Assembly: GCA_031406795.1 (NCBI GenBank)
Contig: JANOHV010000265.1
Span: 1 to 35,624 of the forward strand
Length of the DNA: 35,624 nt
Source of the DNA: Candidatus Rokuibacteriota bacterium
GTDB taxonomy: Bacteria; JAUVQV01; DATDCY01
Direction: 5' to 3'
The notes under the pieces are model-generated. The model had not been told where the DNA came from and ran no database searches. It saw only the letters and a list, made by a program, of their open reading frames with translations. Each line of letters starts with the position of its first letter. Positions within the stretch are counted from its first letter, which is position 1. The translations under genes were made by a program, and so were the position numbers. Of the stretch, positions 33,860 to 35,624 are shown piece after piece.

Positions 33860-35254
33860 CTATTGCGATCTAAGCCCCTTTGGCGGGTTAATAGACGAAG
33901 ATTTAGGAGGTGGTGCTATGATGACAAACTCATATGCACCAATGTCCCACGCGGCACCTTGAGGCCGGGACGTCCCGGCGATATCAACTGCATATGCCAA
34001 GTCTAATTCCATTCCTCGATCGATGGCTTCAACTGTCGGCAAAAGACTGAAATCTCTTGGGGCGTCCACAAATGGTGCCCTCGTGCCATTGATCTGTCCC
34101 TTCTCCGCCGCGGGAACATTACCACCAGTGTTACCAAAGTAGAAATTGTTGGTCGAATTCGCGTTACCGTTAGGGAACTGAAAATCGCAGTTCACGTAAA
34201 TGTTGTTCCTGTTTTCCGGATTCGTGATGACGTCTCCCATCATCCAGTAATTCGGGTTCTTGACATTGTAGAAGGTATTATTATAGCTTAAGACATTCGA
34301 TTGAGATGTACCCTCCCTCCCGAACACCGCGGCCGGCGAATAGCTGTACCTTATGTTGTCGGTAGACCACAACACATTCCCATAGAAGAAAATGTCCGAG
34401 TACATCCCGGAATTGGAGCCCAAAAGCGCCAAGGCCGCCGTGCCGGCGATGTCCACAAACTGGTTGTATCTGACCGTTATTCCACGCATGGGAGGCCCAC
34501 TGAGTTGAATAGCTTGGCCGTGAATGTTGGGATCCCCCGGATGGAGACGCTCGATCCTGTTGTGCTCGACGAGCGTGTCTCCGACATTCTGAGAGAGCGT
34601 AATTCCGTTACGACTCAGATCATGAATGTACAGATAGCGCACATGGATACCACTGGTCGGGGCGGTGTTGTTATTGTAGAAACCATCGTTGGCGTAAAGG
34701 ATATCCTCGCCGCAGTGCTGGACCTCGATGTGCGATACGTGGACGTTACCTGTGTTGGCGGCGACATAAATACCCACCGCGGGAAAAGTGTAACAGTCCT
34801 GGACGATCACCTTGAAGCCGTGCCCCGAATTTTCGCTCCCAGTGAGCCCGTCGACGACGATGTACGGACTATATATATTGATCCGCCCGTTGATGACACT
34901 CTGTGCCCCGTAGGCATCATTCCAGCCATCGTCCGTTCCGTGCGATGACACAGTGGCTTTTTTTACATGAATCCAAGTCGACCCCGACGCCGCCCGGTTA
35001 ATTGTCAAGTTGCCAATGTATGTGCCGCCGCCGACATAATAGGTATCCCCACGCGCCCACACTACAGAGGAAAAAGACGACCACGCATTACTCCAGTCAG
35101 TGCCGTCACCTCTCCCCAACGCCCCAACCGAAATGTAGTGATCTGCCGCGTGAGAAAGAGTAGTAGTAAAACATAACGCCCCGGCCAGCAAGAACAGAAG
35201 CACGCCGACACACCTTAAAGCACATGCCCGACCGTCAAACCCGACCTTGCTCAT
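33860..35254 (-). CDS. Secreted right-handed beta-helix (pectin-lyase-like) protein with choice-of-anchor-Q-like C-terminal region
   Basis: Signal peptide ..SHA-AD, GDGTDWSNA, RGDTYY..GTY, Asn-rich strand repeats (YNNTFY, RNNIY), DF.L....AID.G....D..G..RPQG..WDIGAYE. Confidence 0.8.
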   Translation of the reverse strand: MSKVGFDGRACALRCVGVLLFLLAGALCFTTTLSHAADHYISVGALGRGDGTDWSNAWSSFSSVVWARGDTYYVGGGTYIGNLTINRAASGSTWIHVKKATVSSHGTDDGWNDAYGAQSVINGRINIYSPYIVVDGLTGSENSGHGFKVIVQDCYTFPAVGIYVAANTGNVHVSHIEVQHCGEDILYANDGFYNNNTAPTSGIHVRYLYIHDLSRNGITLSQNVGDTLVEHNRIERLHPGDPNIHGQAIQLSGPPMRGITVRYNQFVDIAGTAALALLGSNSGMYSDIFFYGNVLWSTDNIRYSYSPAAVFGREGTSQSNVLSYNNTFYNVKNPNYWMMGDVITNPENRNNIYVNCDFQFPNGNANSTNNFYFGNTGGNVPAAEKGQINGTRAPFVDAPRDFSLLPTVEAIDRGMELDLAYAVDIAGTSRPQGAAWDIGAYEFVIIAPPPKSSSINPPKGLRSQ

Positions 35255-35365
35255 TTGTCGTCGCCCCGCTTTCCCCTACCTCTAATTTTACATCACGGCC
35301 TAACAATGCCGTGACGAATATCACACCAGACCCGACGAGCGTAAAGCCCCACGTCTATGTTGATC

Positions 35366-35624
35366 TCAACCTGCCTGATTCACGGAAAACTCCGCTGACA
35401 AGGTTGTCACCTCGTGCCTAATAGAATATTTGTACAAAGCGGCAAACATGGCAAGCAGCAGATACCAGGAGACGTTTATCTGGTCGAAGTAAGCAACCGA
35501 CATGAAAGTGACAACATGCCCGAACAAGGAGCAGCCTACCGCCCATACCAAGAACCGTTCAGAGAACGGCCAATCGACGCGATCCCTGACAATCCTCCCA
35601 ACAGCCTTGAAGCACCTGACTATG
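35366..35624 (-). CDS. 3' end of a Wzy/O-antigen-ligase-like membrane protein (partial)
   Basis: Frame open from the window edge: ..FLVWAVGCSLFGHVVTFMSVAYFDQINVSWYLLLAM..; hydrophobic and in a polysaccharide cluster. Confidence 0.6.
   Translation of the reverse strand, partial: IVRCFKAVGRIVRDRVDWPFSERFLVWAVGCSLFGHVVTFMSVAYFDQINVSWYLLLAMFAALYKYSIRHEVTTLSAEFSVNQAG

Overview
High-GC bacterial chromosomal window dominated by a minus-strand exosortase/PEP-CTERM-type exopolysaccharide (EPS) locus. Right to left it holds a partial Wzy/O-antigen-ligase-like gene, a secreted beta-helix protein, Wzx flippase, acetyltransferase, FrhB-like Fe-S protein, an antisense VanZ-LamG gene, exosortase and PrsK kinase. 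After an insertion come galE, a PocR-GAF-GGDEF diguanylate cyclase, priming sugar transferase, a FIST-PAS-PAS histidine kinase, two short OPX proteins, an OM beta-barrel, chain-length protein and tyrosine kinase, followed by ybbA-ybbP-tesA-like genes and three small genes (SEC-C, ACT, RRM). Between galE and prsK (20.7-25.3 kb) is a mosaic toxin-antitoxin island: HEPN/MNT, split vapBC, AAA-DUF4143, hipA fragment, Phd/PemK. Most notable: (1) a DIP1984-like gene followed by a ~190-260 nt highly structured candidate ncRNA, the module flanked by 9-bp direct repeats; (2) no prsR in the window, but two paralogous receiver proteins with C-terminal membrane tails and a FIST kinase with a receiver-like domain inserted inside its ATPase domain; (3) a SECIS-like hairpin behind the UGA of the SEC-C gene; (4) 22-25 bp copies of galE, prsK and vapC at island junctions; (5) a sigma-54 promoter layout with a substituted -24 GG. 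All calls are by eye from motifs; no database searches were run.
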